DNA of 64,000 nucleotides from Candidatus Aminicenantes bacterium (GTDB lineage Bacteria; Acidobacteriota; Aminicenantia; Aminicenantales; UBA4085): NCBI GenBank assembly GCA_026393855.1, contig JAPKZJ010000065.1, positions 4,560 to 68,559 of the forward strand, read 5' to 3'. Shown piece by piece: positions 37,932 to 48,991 of this stretch (position 1 is its first letter; each line of letters starts with the position of its first letter). The notes under the pieces were generated by a model. It saw only the letters and a program-made list of their open reading frames with translations, ran no database searches and was not told where the DNA came from. The position numbers and the translations under genes were made by a program.

Positions 37932-38300
37932 ATGAGCGACGACCGAGTCTTGATCGTCATGACCAGCGGCCCGGATACACCCCGCCGCTGCGCCACGCCC
38001 TTCTTCATGGCCACCCTGGCGGCGGCCATGGAATACGACGTCACCATGTTCTTCACCGTCGACGGCACCTTGCTCCTGAAAAAGGGGTTGGCCGACGGCG
38101 TCTTCCCTAAAGCCGGGGGCAAATCGGTCGGCGAGTTCTTGCGCGAGGCCCTGGAGGCCGGAGTGAAAATGATGGCCTGCTCGGCCTCGACCGAGCTTCA
38201 CGACCTTGTGCCGGGCGACTTGATCGAGGGCGTCAAGATGCTGGGGGGGGCGTCCCTCTGGCAGATCGCCGAAGACTGCAAAACGGTTCTATCGTTCTAA
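37932..38300 (+). CDS. DsrE-family sulfur-relay protein
   Basis: VLIVMTSGPDTPRRCATPFFMATLAAAMEYDVTMFFTVDG...VKMMACSASTEL. 122 aa. Confidence 0.75.
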   Translation: MSDDRVLIVMTSGPDTPRRCATPFFMATLAAAMEYDVTMFFTVDGTLLLKKGLADGVFPKAGGKSVGEFLREALEAGVKMMACSASTELHDLVPGDLIEGVKMLGGASLWQIAEDCKTVLSF

Positions 38301-38314
38301 AAAGGAGGGCTGGA

Positions 38315-38761
38315 ATGGCCAACTTGCGCGGATGCAATCTTCCCGAGGACCTCTATTACTACGTCGAGAAGCACATTTGGGCCAAGCCGATGGACGGCGG
38401 CATCGTGCGGATCGGCATGAATGCCGTGGCCGGAAAGCTTTCCGGCGGCAAGCTGAATGCCGTGACCGTCAAGTCCAAGGCCATCGGCGGAGAGATCGCC
38501 AAGGGCAAGAGCGTGGCCACGGTCGAAAGCTCCAAGTATGTCGGCCCCGTCCCGGCCCCGGTGTCCGGAATTCTGGTCCGGGCCAACGTTCAGTTGGCGG
38601 CCGATCCGAACCTGGTCATCCGCGACCCCTACGGCGAAGGCTGGATCGCCGAGATTCAAGCCAGCCAGTGGGAGGCCGAAAAGGCCGGCCTGTTGACGGG
38701 GTCGGCGGGCCTGGCCGCCTACCTGGCCAAGCTGGAAGCCGACAACATTTCCTGCGGCTGA
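38315..38761 (+). CDS. GcvH-like lipoate-binding protein (LbpA-like)
   Basis: H-protein fold signature PEDLYYYVEKHIWAKP...VRIGMNAVA...GKSVATVESSKYVGPVPAPVSGILV, with the lipoyl-lysine in ESSK. No gcvT or gcvP in the window. Confidence 0.8.
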   Translation: MANLRGCNLPEDLYYYVEKHIWAKPMDGGIVRIGMNAVAGKLSGGKLNAVTVKSKAIGGEIAKGKSVATVESSKYVGPVPAPVSGILVRANVQLAADPNLVIRDPYGEGWIAEIQASQWEAEKAGLLTGSAGLAAYLAKLEADNISCG

Positions 38762-38786
38762 GCCCGGCTCCAATAAAGATAAAGCC

Positions 38787-39905
38787 ATGTCGGAAAAGAC
38801 GATTTACCAGCAGCTTCGAGAGGATGGACTGTCCCGCCGCGATTTCGTGAAGTTCTGCGGGCTCCTGTCAGGCATGATCGGGCTCGAGTTCACCGCCACT
38901 GGAAAAGCCCTCGGCGCCGCGGCCCGGCGGGATGCTGCCGGTGTCGTCGCCGAAGCGCTCAAGTCCAAGACCCGTCTGCCGATCATCTGGCTGGAGCTTC
39001 AAGATTGCGCCGGCTGCACGGAGGCCTTGTCGCGCTCGCTCTCGCCGAGTCTGTCCAACCTTGTCCTGAACCGGATCGCGGTTGATTACCAGGAGACGCT
39101 GATGGCTGCGGCCGGCGTCCAGGCCGAGGAAGCCAAACGGCGGACGATGGAAAAATATCGGGGCCAATACGTTTTGGTCGTTGAAGGCAGCCCCTGCCTC
39201 GGGCTGGACGGTGCCTATTGCACGATCGGAGGCCGGAGCAATCTGGACATCCTTCGGGAGGCGGCCGCCGGCGCGGCGGCGATCATCGCCACCGGGAACT
39301 GCGCCGCCTTCGGAGGCCTACCCGGGGCACGCCCCAACCCAACCGAGGCCCGCGGGGTGATGGACATCATCACAGACAAGCCGATCGTCAACATCCCCGG
39401 CTGTCCGGCCATCCCCGATGTCACGACCGGCGTCATCGCCCATTTCCTGGTCATGGGCGCCTTGCCCAAGACCGACGCCTTGAAGCGGCCGCTGGCGTTT
39501 TACGGCCATACCATCCACGACCACTGCCTCCGTCGCCCCTTCTACGAGGCGGGGGAATTTGCCGAGGATTTCGGCGGCCAGGGGGCCCGGGAAGGCTGGT
39601 GTCTTTATGAGCTCGGCTGTAAGGGTCCGACGACGTATAACGCCTGCTCTTCCCTCAAGTGGGAAAGGGGCTTGTCGTTCCCCGTCCAATCCGGCCACCC
39701 CTGCCTGGGATGCTCGGAACCGCATTTCTGGGACGGCGGGGGATTCTATCAAGGGCAGTCGGCTCCCCTGGCCAAGCCGGGCAGCGGCGCCACCGGTTTG
39801 GCGGCTGGAGCGGGCGTGGTGCTTGGAGCGGCTTTAGCCGGGGCCAATCGGGTCGGGAAGCGCGCCGCCGGGAAAAAGACGGCCGCTCCGCCGAAAGCGG
39901 ACTAG
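38787..39905 (+). CDS. hynS: [NiFe] hydrogenase small subunit, Tat-exported, C-terminal membrane anchor
   Basis: Twin-arginine signal LSRRDFVKFCG. Fe-S ligands ELQDCAGCTEA, NIPGCPAIPD, HDHCLRRPFY, CLYELGCKGP, GHPCLGCSEP. C-terminal hydrophobic helix GLAAGAGVVLGAALAGA. Confidence 0.9.
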   Translation: MSEKTIYQQLREDGLSRRDFVKFCGLLSGMIGLEFTATGKALGAAARRDAAGVVAEALKSKTRLPIIWLELQDCAGCTEALSRSLSPSLSNLVLNRIAVDYQETLMAAAGVQAEEAKRRTMEKYRGQYVLVVEGSPCLGLDGAYCTIGGRSNLDILREAAAGAAAIIATGNCAAFGGLPGARPNPTEARGVMDIITDKPIVNIPGCPAIPDVTTGVIAHFLVMGALPKTDALKRPLAFYGHTIHDHCLRRPFYEAGEFAEDFGGQGAREGWCLYELGCKGPTTYNACSSLKWERGLSFPVQSGHPCLGCSEPHFWDGGGFYQGQSAPLAKPGSGATGLAAGAGVVLGAALAGANRVGKRAAGKKTAAPPKAD

Positions 39906-39914
39906 GAGGCTATC

Positions 39915-40592
39915 ATGGGATGGTCGGAAATACTTAGGTTTTTCCGGGGGCCGTTTTTCCATGCCGCCCTGCTCGTCTTCATCGGCGGGATGGCCTACCG
40001 GCTGGTCCGCGTCCTGCTGCTGGGCTGGCCGCAGGATCGGGTGAAAAGCGCCGGCAGCAAAGCCGGCGGGGTTCTTAAAGCATACCTCAAGGCCTTGCTG
40101 GTATGGCCTTTCATCCCTTGGGTGAAACGGACTTTTCCCAAGAACGCCCTGACCTACCTGGCCGGCGGGCTCTTCCACCTGTCGCTGTTTGCGGTCATCT
40201 TTCTGGCCGCTCCCCATATGCTCGTCTGGAAGAGCTTGACCGGAATCGGCTGGCCAACCCTGCCCAACCCGATCGTCGACGGACTGGCCGCGGCCGGGAT
40301 CGCGGCCATGGTCATGCTCCTCATCAACCGCTTCGTCCACCCCGTGCTCAAGCTGATCAGCGGCTTGCCGGTTTGGCTGAACTGGACCTTTGTTTTTCTG
40401 CCGATGATCACGGGGTACGCGATGGCCCATCGTTTCTTCCTTCCCTATGAGGCTCTGTTCAGCCTGCATATGATCGCCGTCGATATTCTGCTGATCTGGA
40501 TCCCGTTCAGTCGGATCTCCCATTTCCTTTTTTATTTCTTCGCCAAAACCATCCACGGCGCCCAAGCCGGGAAACGGGGGGTGACGCCATGA
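39915..40592 (+). CDS. isp1: membrane b-type cytochrome subunit, NarI/DsrM/HdrE-like (Isp1)
   Basis: AGGAGG RBS. About 5 TM helices with conserved His (FHAALLVF, GLFHLSLF, SLHMIAVDILLIWIPFSRISH). Positioned between the small and large hydrogenase subunit genes. Confidence 0.75.
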   Translation: MGWSEILRFFRGPFFHAALLVFIGGMAYRLVRVLLLGWPQDRVKSAGSKAGGVLKAYLKALLVWPFIPWVKRTFPKNALTYLAGGLFHLSLFAVIFLAAPHMLVWKSLTGIGWPTLPNPIVDGLAAAGIAAMVMLLINRFVHPVLKLISGLPVWLNWTFVFLPMITGYAMAHRFFLPYEALFSLHMIAVDILLIWIPFSRISHFLFYFFAKTIHGAQAGKRGVTP

Positions 40593-41863
40593 CCGCAACA
40601 ACGACGGCGAAGACGACGGCGGCCATGGCTGCGTTCGTCAAGGAAACGGGCGGCTGGGTAGCCGGCCAATTGGAAGCCTGCACCCGCTGCGGACTGTGCG
40701 CGGAAGCCTGTCACTTCTACCAGGCCCTCGGCAATCCCGAGTATGCTCCGGTCTGGAAGCTGGAACCGTTGCGGAAGGCTTATGCGCAGCGCTTCACGGT
40801 GATTGGGCGTCTCAAACGGGCCCTTCACTGGGAGAAGTCGGTCAGCGACGCCGATCTGGCTCATTGGAGCACGTTGGTCTACGAGGCCTGCACCGTCTGC
40901 AACAAGTGCGCCATGGTCTGCCCGATGGGCATCCAGATCGGTCCGCTGATCCACGAAGTCCGCACGGCCATGTCCGCGGCGGGCGTCGTGCCGGCCGATC
41001 TGCTGGCCGCCGCCCGCAAGCAGGAGGAGGTCGGCAGCCCTCTCGGAGTGACCGAGACGGCCTGGCGCGAGCGTTTGGACTGGATCGCCGAGGAATGGGA
41101 GGTCGAGATCCCGGTCGACAAGCCGGGGGCGGACACCCTGGCCGTGTTCACCTCGATCGAGCTGATGAAGTTCCCGGAAAACCTGGCCGCGGTCGCGACC
41201 ATTCTGAACAAGGCCGGGGAAAGCTGGACGGTCTCCAGCCCAGGCCGGGAAGTCGTCAACTTCGGCTATTTCGAGTCGAACGAGCGGCGGACCAAGCTGT
41301 TCCTGGGCCGGGTCTTCGACGCGGCCAAAGCCCTCGGCGTCAAGCGGATCATGATCTCCGAGTGCGGGCATGCCTACGAGGCTTTCCGCTGGACGGCCCC
41401 CAACATCATGGATGTTCCGCCGGGGCTCACGGTCACTCATATTGTCCGGGTGATCTACGACTTGTGGAAAGCGGGTCGGATCAAGCTGAAGGCGGGCGCC
41501 TATGCCGACGCCCCCATCACCTTCCATGATTCCTGCAAGATTCAACGACGAGGCGGCCATATCAAAGAGCCGCGTGAGATTTTGAAAATCCTGGCCGGGG
41601 ATTCCTTCCGGGAGATGGATCCCTGCCGCGAGCAATCCATGTGCTGCTGCGGCGGCGGCGGAGTGATCTCCATCCAGGAAGCCGATCCGCTGCGATTCGC
41701 CGTCTTCGGCATGAAGATCGACCAGATGAAAGCCAACGGAGCCCAGTCCGTCTGCATGGTCTGCAGCAATTGCCGGCTCCAGTTCACCGAAGGCGTCGCC
41801 CATTTCGGGTTCGAGGTCAAGGTCCGCGGTTTGACCGAGATGGTGGCCAAGGCTTTGGTCTGA
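40589..41863 (+). CDS. isp2: HdrD/DsrK-like iron-sulfur protein with CCG domains (Isp2)
   Basis: ATGA overlap with isp1. Two 4Fe-4S motifs (CTRCGLCAEACHFY; CTVCNKCAMVCPMG). CCG-type motif HDSCKIQRRGG...MCCCGGGG...CMVCSNCRLQF. Confidence 0.8.
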   Translation: MTATTTAKTTAAMAAFVKETGGWVAGQLEACTRCGLCAEACHFYQALGNPEYAPVWKLEPLRKAYAQRFTVIGRLKRALHWEKSVSDADLAHWSTLVYEACTVCNKCAMVCPMGIQIGPLIHEVRTAMSAAGVVPADLLAAARKQEEVGSPLGVTETAWRERLDWIAEEWEVEIPVDKPGADTLAVFTSIELMKFPENLAAVATILNKAGESWTVSSPGREVVNFGYFESNERRTKLFLGRVFDAAKALGVKRIMISECGHAYEAFRWTAPNIMDVPPGLTVTHIVRVIYDLWKAGRIKLKAGAYADAPITFHDSCKIQRRGGHIKEPREILKILAGDSFREMDPCREQSMCCCGGGGVISIQEADPLRFAVFGMKIDQMKANGAQSVCMVCSNCRLQFTEGVAHFGFEVKVRGLTEMVAKALV

Positions 41864-41898
41864 CCGGGGAAGCCGGGACACAAGAGGAGAAACGAGCA

Positions 41899-43641
<1,743 letters not shown>

Positions 43642-43680
43642 GGCGCCGAAGACGATCGGCTGGGACGGACGGAACATAGG

Positions 43681-44160
43681 ATGAGCGGGCCCGATCGTGC
43701 CATTGTCCTTGGATTAGGCAATTTATTAAACCGGGACGAGGGCCTGGGCGTTCAATGCCTCGAGCCCTTACGGAATCGGCTCGGCTCCGTCGCCGGGATC
43801 GAGATCCTGGACGGCGGGGTTTTGGGCCTGGACCTGCTGCCGCTCGTCGAATGCGCCCGTGCGCTTCTCATCCTGGACGCTGTTGACGCCCGCAAACCGC
43901 CCGGAACCCTGATCGAGCTGACCGGGGCCGATATCCCCCTTTTCGGCCGGGCCAAGCTGTCTTGGCACCAGGTGACATTCCAAGAAGTGCTGCAATTAGC
44001 GGCCATGCGAAACCGGTTGCCCGAGCGTCTGCACCTCGTCGGAGTTCAGCCGGCGGACCTATCCATCGGCCTGGAGTTGAGCCCCGAAGTCGCGGCGGCC
44101 ATGCCGGCGCTCATCGAGCACGCGGCCGCCGTCTTGGCCGGGTGGGGATTTTATGGCTGA
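43681..44160 (+). CDS. hydrogenase maturation endopeptidase (HyaD/HybD/HupD family)
   Basis: VLGLGNLLNRDEGLGVQCLEPL...ILDGGVLGLDLLP...LLILDAVD. Confidence 0.85.
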   Translation: MSGPDRAIVLGLGNLLNRDEGLGVQCLEPLRNRLGSVAGIEILDGGVLGLDLLPLVECARALLILDAVDARKPPGTLIELTGADIPLFGRAKLSWHQVTFQEVLQLAAMRNRLPERLHLVGVQPADLSIGLELSPEVAAAMPALIEHAAAVLAGWGFYG

Positions 44161-44178
44161 AAGGCGGGAGCGAGAGCA

Positions 44179-45249
44179 ATGAGCGTTATCCGGCTGTTGG
44201 ATCTGGGGACGGTTCCCGCCGTCCGGTCGCAAACCTGCTATCACGCCGCCGCCGAAGTCCTGACGGAGGGAGGACCGGATACCATCATCCTGGTCAGTCC
44301 GGCTTCACCCTATGTCTGCGTCGGCTTCCATCAGGATGTGGACCGGGAGGTCGATCGAGAATACTGCCGGAGCCGGGGCTGGCCGGTCCTGCGCCGCGAG
44401 GTCGGCGGGGGAGCGGTCTATTTGGATGCCGGTCAAGTTTTCATCCAATGGGTCTTCCGGCCCGGATCTCTGCCGGCGTCCGTTGAGGATCGTTTCCGTC
44501 TTTTCGTCGATCCGATCGTTGAAGCCTACCGTGCTTTGGGCGTCGCGGCCGAATTCCGCCCGGTCAACGACATCCATGTCGCGGGCAAGAAGATCGGCGG
44601 CACGGGAGCGGCGGCCATCGGCCGGGTCGAGGTCGTGGTCGGAAGCCTGATGTTCGACTTCGACAAGGCCGCGATGGCTCGGGTTCTGAAGGTCTCCTCA
44701 GAGAAGATGCGGGATAAAATCATCCAAAACCTCGAACAGTATATGACGACCTTGCATGAACAGTTGGGCTTCCGTCCGGACCGCGGGACCATGGTCGAAG
44801 CCTATTTGCGATCCTGCGCCGGAGCCCTCGGGCGGGAGATCGTGCCCGGTTCCTGGACCGAAGCGGAGGAGCAGCGGGCCCGCATCCTCGACAAGACGTT
44901 TTTGACGACGGAATGGTTGGAGCCCCGGCGGGTTCCCCGGCGGCCGGGAATCAAGATCCACGAGGACGTCCAGGTTGTGGAGTCCGTCTTCAAGGCTCCC
45001 GGAGGGTTGATCCGGCTGACGGCCACGGTTTTGCGGGGCGAAATCGTCGATCTTTCGATTTCCGGAGATTTCACGCTGTTGCCCCGGGCCGCGGTCGCCG
45101 AATTGGAAACCGTTTTGCTTGGACCCAACCGGAACGCAGCCGATATCCGCCAAGCTGTAAAGGCGGTTTATGATAGGCTGCGAATCCAGTCGCCGGGGGT
45201 AAGGCCCGAACATTGGGAAGCCGCTTTAGCCGGCCTTCTCTTCGGATGA
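44179..45249 (+). CDS. lipoate-protein ligase (LplA family, LplA-LplB fused length)
   Basis: RREVGGGAVYLDAGQVFIQWV and HVAGKKIGGTGAAAIG match the LplA RRxSGGGAV and GxKxSGxA motifs. 356 aa. Last gene of the hydrogenase operon. Confidence 0.8.
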   Translation: MSVIRLLDLGTVPAVRSQTCYHAAAEVLTEGGPDTIILVSPASPYVCVGFHQDVDREVDREYCRSRGWPVLRREVGGGAVYLDAGQVFIQWVFRPGSLPASVEDRFRLFVDPIVEAYRALGVAAEFRPVNDIHVAGKKIGGTGAAAIGRVEVVVGSLMFDFDKAAMARVLKVSSEKMRDKIIQNLEQYMTTLHEQLGFRPDRGTMVEAYLRSCAGALGREIVPGSWTEAEEQRARILDKTFLTTEWLEPRRVPRRPGIKIHEDVQVVESVFKAPGGLIRLTATVLRGEIVDLSISGDFTLLPRAAVAELETVLLGPNRNAADIRQAVKAVYDRLRIQSPGVRPEHWEAALAGLLFG

Positions 45250-45265
45250 AGTCCGCTTAGATTCC

Positions 45266-45293
45266 TTGACTTCCCGGCCGGGGGGTGGATAAT
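45266..45293 (+). promoter_or_regulatory. candidate promoter TTGACT-N16-GATAAT, 6 nt upstream of ATG 45300 (leaderless-type)
   Basis: Near-identical to the module at 48957..48984. No Shine-Dalgarno is possible in the 6-nt gap. Confidence 0.5.
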
Positions 45294-45299
45294 TCGGGC

Positions 45300-48200
45300 A
45301 TGGATGAGAGGAAGCGGAAGCCCTGTCTTTGGCTGGCCTGCCTGGCCCTCTTCCCCGGCCTTGCCGTCCCCGTTTTCTCCCAGACGGTCTCGGATCCGTT
45401 CTCGCAGTACGACGGCCGTCCCCTGGAGGGACGACTGCAGAACATGACCGCGAGCAGAAGTTTCTTGGTCCTTCATCGGGTCGTGGGCCAAGGCCGGGAG
45501 GTTGTCGAAAGCTGGGAGGAAGGCCAGCTTATCGTTCATTGGGAGAAGACGTTCGTATCGGTAGGGGAACCGATCGTCATCGACGGATTCCGAGTCGCCT
45601 TTTCGGCCGCCGAGACCGAGCCTACCGCGAATTCGGTCGGCCTACATATTTACGATCTCCGGAGCGGGCAGAGGATCTCCTACAACCGGAGTATGATCCT
45701 CGGTCACGCCGGCCGCTTCCTGGCGATTTCGGGGGATTCCATTCTGGACATGGCCGATGGTTCCGTCGTCTTCGGTCCTGTCTCGAACGTCCGGCAGGCC
45801 CGTTTCTTGGCTACGATCGGTGATAAGTTTCTGCTCATGGTTTCGCAGGCGCCGAATTGGAACGATCGCCGGCCCATCCTCTATGATCCGATCTCGAAAA
45901 CAGACCTCTGGGCCGGTCGAGCGCTATCCGCGGAGATGATCGAGTTTCTGGAGAATCGATTCTATCGAGCGACGGAGCATGTCTACCAGGGATTCCCAGC
46001 CCTTCTGGCCGAAGAAGTCCAAAGCCTCTTCGGCCCGGTCTTCAAGTTTATGCTGCTCAAAGAGGACGGCCAGGCGGTCTTTCTGGATCGGGCCTTCTTC
46101 GATTTGTCCGAGCTCAAGCCTTATGCGACGGTCGATTTCTCGTACATCTGGGACTCGCCCAACGGCCGCCGCCTGGTCGCGGGGATCAACACCCGGCACC
46201 TCGGTCGCGTGGACGGCGAAAAGACCGTCATCGCGGTGTTCGATCCGGCCGGGGCCAAGCTGGCCCAGGCGAGCATTGATCCGAAAACCGACCGTCTCGC
46301 CTGGACGGGGCTGGACCCGGCCGGAAAGCTGCTGGCCTTCATCAATCGCCATCAGCCGCGGTCCGAAGACCTGATCGTGTCTTTCGCCCTGCCCTCGCTG
46401 GCCCGGACGGAGCTTGAGAGCGCTTACAACGCCCAAGTGAACTCGCCGCCGGGCTTCATCGACGGGAAGCTTTATTTTTGGGACCAGGAGCGGATTTACC
46501 CGCCCGGCGTGAAAGCCCCGGCTCGGGCCAAGCTCTGGCGGACCGTCGTCGCCGCTTTGAACCCGCAGACCGCCGGCTTGATGGCGTACTATCCGTTCGA
46601 CGATTCGACCTGGAAGCTGATGAGCTTCGCCCGGGACAGGATCCGGCATGTCTCCAACGAGACGCATCTTTTCCTGCCGTTCATGAGCGCCGACCTGACG
46701 CAGAACCGATCGCTCATCCTTCCCATTCCCCGGGATCAGGTCAATGGCTGGCTGAACGCCACCTTCGGCATCTCGCCGGAACCTGTCTTCACCGACGCCG
46801 ACGAGGCGATCTCCTACACGCCGGCCGGCGCGACGGTCACCGCGAATACCGGCCGTCTGGACGGGCTGAAATGGCGGTCGCCTTCCCACCGGGACACGAC
46901 CTGGTTCACCTTGACGCTGGGCGGATTCTCGCAGATGTTCGAGGTCCCGATCCAGGCCCGGCCGGTCAACCAGCCGCCGGTGGCCAAATTCACGGTCCCG
47001 CCCCGGGCCGAGAACGCCTTGTGGGACGTCCCCGTCCTCTTGGACGCCGGAAGTTCCAGCGACCCCGACGGCCGCGTAGTCTCCTATGCCTGGAATTTCG
47101 ATCGTTCGGCAGCCTCTCTCCTAACCGGCTCGCCGACCATCAGCCATGAGTTTGCGGGGGGAGGCGCGCACGAGGTGATGCTTACGGTTACGGACGACAA
47201 AGGGGAGACGGGAAAGATCACCCGGATCGTCAATGTCCCCAAGACCATCGATTACGGAGGCGCCAAGCGAAGCGGCCCGGTCTCCGTGGGATCGGCCAGG
47301 ACCGCCGGCTACGAGATCGAGGTGACGACGGGGACCGAAGAGGGGGCCGGGACGAACGCTTGGGTCTATGTCTCCCTCTATGGGTCCTTGAATGCCGACG
47401 GCGAAAGGGTCGGGACGACGGAATTCGCCCTTTATGACGCCATCTCTGAAACCAAGTCGGATCCTTTCGAAAACGGCCGGACCGACGTCTTCAAATCGCA
47501 CCAGGGAACGGCTCCTGGGCTGCCCGATTCATCCAGTCTGGACAAGATCGAGTTCATCACGATCCGTCATGACAACTCCGGCAACAGACCGGACTGGCGT
47601 GTGAAATCGGTCAAGATCCGCAATCAAGCCAATAAAATGGAGTGGCTTTTCGAACCGGACGTCTGGCTGGACTGGAATAAGGCGCCGCTCAATTCCGTGA
47701 TGGGCAAGTTCACTCCCGCGGCCGGCGATTATCCCCGCGGCGTCCTGTTCGGCGGGGCTCAGCGCTCCTGGAAAATGATCGAAGCCGGCGCCAACGTCTT
47801 CATCTTGGAGCCCGGGGCGGCTTCTTTCTATTTTACCTCGCTCGACAAGGCCGATCAGATCGAGATTTACCGAAACGGCAGCATCGAGGGGCGCCAATAT
47901 GGCCGGGGCGAGGGGATTGCGACCGCGCCCTACATTCCCAAGACCGAATTCGGTTTCGAGTACCCGGCATCCAAGATCACGAATCCGACGAAATTCACGG
48001 TTCGGATCAGCCATCCGAACCAGGCGATCGAGGAGACGTTCGTCTGGGTCTTCCCCTCCGGTTGGAAGGACTATAAAAGCGAAGCCCTCAGCGCGGCCTT
48101 GATCTATCCGCTCAAGGGCACGACGTCGTTCTTCGACTATGCCGATTCGGTCATTCATTTCATGAGCAGCGTGTACACGTTTGAGGCCAGCTTGAACGCC

Positions 48201-48941
48201 GCCTTGTCCATCGTGGTCGATTATGGGGCCAAGGCCTTGGGCATATTCGGCGGCCCGGGGGACTCCGAGCTCAAAGGAACGATCGAAGAACGGGTCGGAA
48301 TCTACGTCTCCAAGGGGCTGAACGGGGCCTTGAAGGCCATGGGGCTGACCTTGGCCAACAGCATTTTCAGCGAGACGATCGGCCTGTTCGAGTCCATGAT
48401 CAAGGCCCGCGAATGGGCCCAGCAACTGGGGTCCGTCGGGTCCTCTGCCGCGGCCGCCGCGGGAGGCCTGCAGTATTTGGGCCGGCTGGCGGGATGCAAT
48501 CTCAATCTCGTATCGGCCAAGGAAATGCTTCGGGTGATCAAGGCTAAGCTGGACGAGGCCCTGACCGCCCTCGACCAGAACAACCCGGCCGTCTATCGGG
48601 CCCGCATGGCCGATATCCGGATGATCGCGGTGGGGAAAAATCCGGACGGCATTCTGCCGGCCGACTATCTGATCGACTATGGAGCGTACGGAATCGGTGA
48701 TTTGAACAGCAATCCCGGGGACAACTACTGCCTAAGCATGACCTGCATCCTCGAGCTCAATAACATCCAAAGATGGAAGGGCGGGGAGATCGGTCCCTGC
48801 TTTCCGACGAACGTCCTGATTGGCTGGACGGACGCGGAAAAAATAGGCGAGACCAAATCCGCCATGACGACATATGAACCGCTCTTCCGCAACATCATGG
48901 TCGTGGCCGGGGTGGCCATCTCGATCGCCCTTCTGAAGTGA
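45300..48941 (+). CDS. large secreted/membrane-anchored protein with PKD domain, PLAT/LH2 domain and C-terminal helical region plus TM anchor
   Basis: Signal MDERKRKPCLWLACLALFPGLAVPVFSQ. PKD at about 46975..47240 (PVAKFTVPP...LDAGSSSDPDGRVVSYAWNF...VMLTVTDDKGETG). PLAT at about 47310..47675 (YEIEVTTGTEEGAGTNAWVYVSLYGS...FENGRTDVF...ITIRHDNSGNRPDWRVKSVKI...WLFEPDVWLDW). C-terminal hydrophobic segment IMVVAGVAISIALL. The track start 45285 is a GTG inside the -10 box. Confidence 0.75.
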   Translation: MDERKRKPCLWLACLALFPGLAVPVFSQTVSDPFSQYDGRPLEGRLQNMTASRSFLVLHRVVGQGREVVESWEEGQLIVHWEKTFVSVGEPIVIDGFRVAFSAAETEPTANSVGLHIYDLRSGQRISYNRSMILGHAGRFLAISGDSILDMADGSVVFGPVSNVRQARFLATIGDKFLLMVSQAPNWNDRRPILYDPISKTDLWAGRALSAEMIEFLENRFYRATEHVYQGFPALLAEEVQSLFGPVFKFMLLKEDGQAVFLDRAFFDLSELKPYATVDFSYIWDSPNGRRLVAGINTRHLGRVDGEKTVIAVFDPAGAKLAQASIDPKTDRLAWTGLDPAGKLLAFINRHQPRSEDLIVSFALPSLARTELESAYNAQVNSPPGFIDGKLYFWDQERIYPPGVKAPARAKLWRTVVAALNPQTAGLMAYYPFDDSTWKLMSFARDRIRHVSNETHLFLPFMSADLTQNRSLILPIPRDQVNGWLNATFGISPEPVFTDADEAISYTPAGATVTANTGRLDGLKWRSPSHRDTTWFTLTLGGFSQMFEVPIQARPVNQPPVAKFTVPPRAENALWDVPVLLDAGSSSDPDGRVVSYAWNFDRSAASLLTGSPTISHEFAGGGAHEVMLTVTDDKGETGKITRIVNVPKTIDYGGAKRSGPVSVGSARTAGYEIEVTTGTEEGAGTNAWVYVSLYGSLNADGERVGTTEFALYDAISETKSDPFENGRTDVFKSHQGTAPGLPDSSSLDKIEFITIRHDNSGNRPDWRVKSVKIRNQANKMEWLFEPDVWLDWNKAPLNSVMGKFTPAAGDYPRGVLFGGAQRSWKMIEAGANVFILEPGAASFYFTSLDKADQIEIYRNGSIEGRQYGRGEGIATAPYIPKTEFGFEYPASKITNPTKFTVRISHPNQAIEETFVWVFPSGWKDYKSEALSAALIYPLKGTTSFFDYADSVIHFMSSVYTFEASLNAALSIVVDYGAKALGIFGGPGDSELKGTIEERVGIYVSKGLNGALKAMGLTLANSIFSETIGLFESMIKAREWAQQLGSVGSSAAAAAGGLQYLGRLAGCNLNLVSAKEMLRVIKAKLDEALTALDQNNPAVYRARMADIRMIAVGKNPDGILPADYLIDYGAYGIGDLNSNPGDNYCLSMTCILELNNIQRWKGGEIGPCFPTNVLIGWTDAEKIGETKSAMTTYEPLFRNIMVVAGVAISIALLK

Positions 48942-48956
48942 AGCCAATAAGCGTCC

Positions 48957-48984
48957 TTGACATCGCCGCCGGGCGGTGAATAAT
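48957..48984 (+). promoter_or_regulatory. candidate promoter TTGACA-N16-AATAAT, 7 nt upstream of ATG 48992 (leaderless-type)
   Basis: Paralogous to 45266..45293. The alignment continues into the first codons (ATG-AAC-GAG-AGA-AAG-CGG versus ATG-GAT-GAG-AGG-AAG-CGG). Confidence 0.5.
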
Positions 48985-48991
48985 TCCAACC

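Noticed and set aside
41641-41898. Upstream extension of the large-subunit ORF (track start 41641); similar extensions at 20056, 21602, 22244, 33462, 34853, 36981, 55325, 58281 and 45285
   Set aside because: The extensions overlap the preceding gene or the promoter and are Arg/Pro-rich. A downstream ATG with a good Shine-Dalgarno (or a leaderless promoter) coincides with the start of the homology. The track also counts GTG as M (for example 29708 and 45285).
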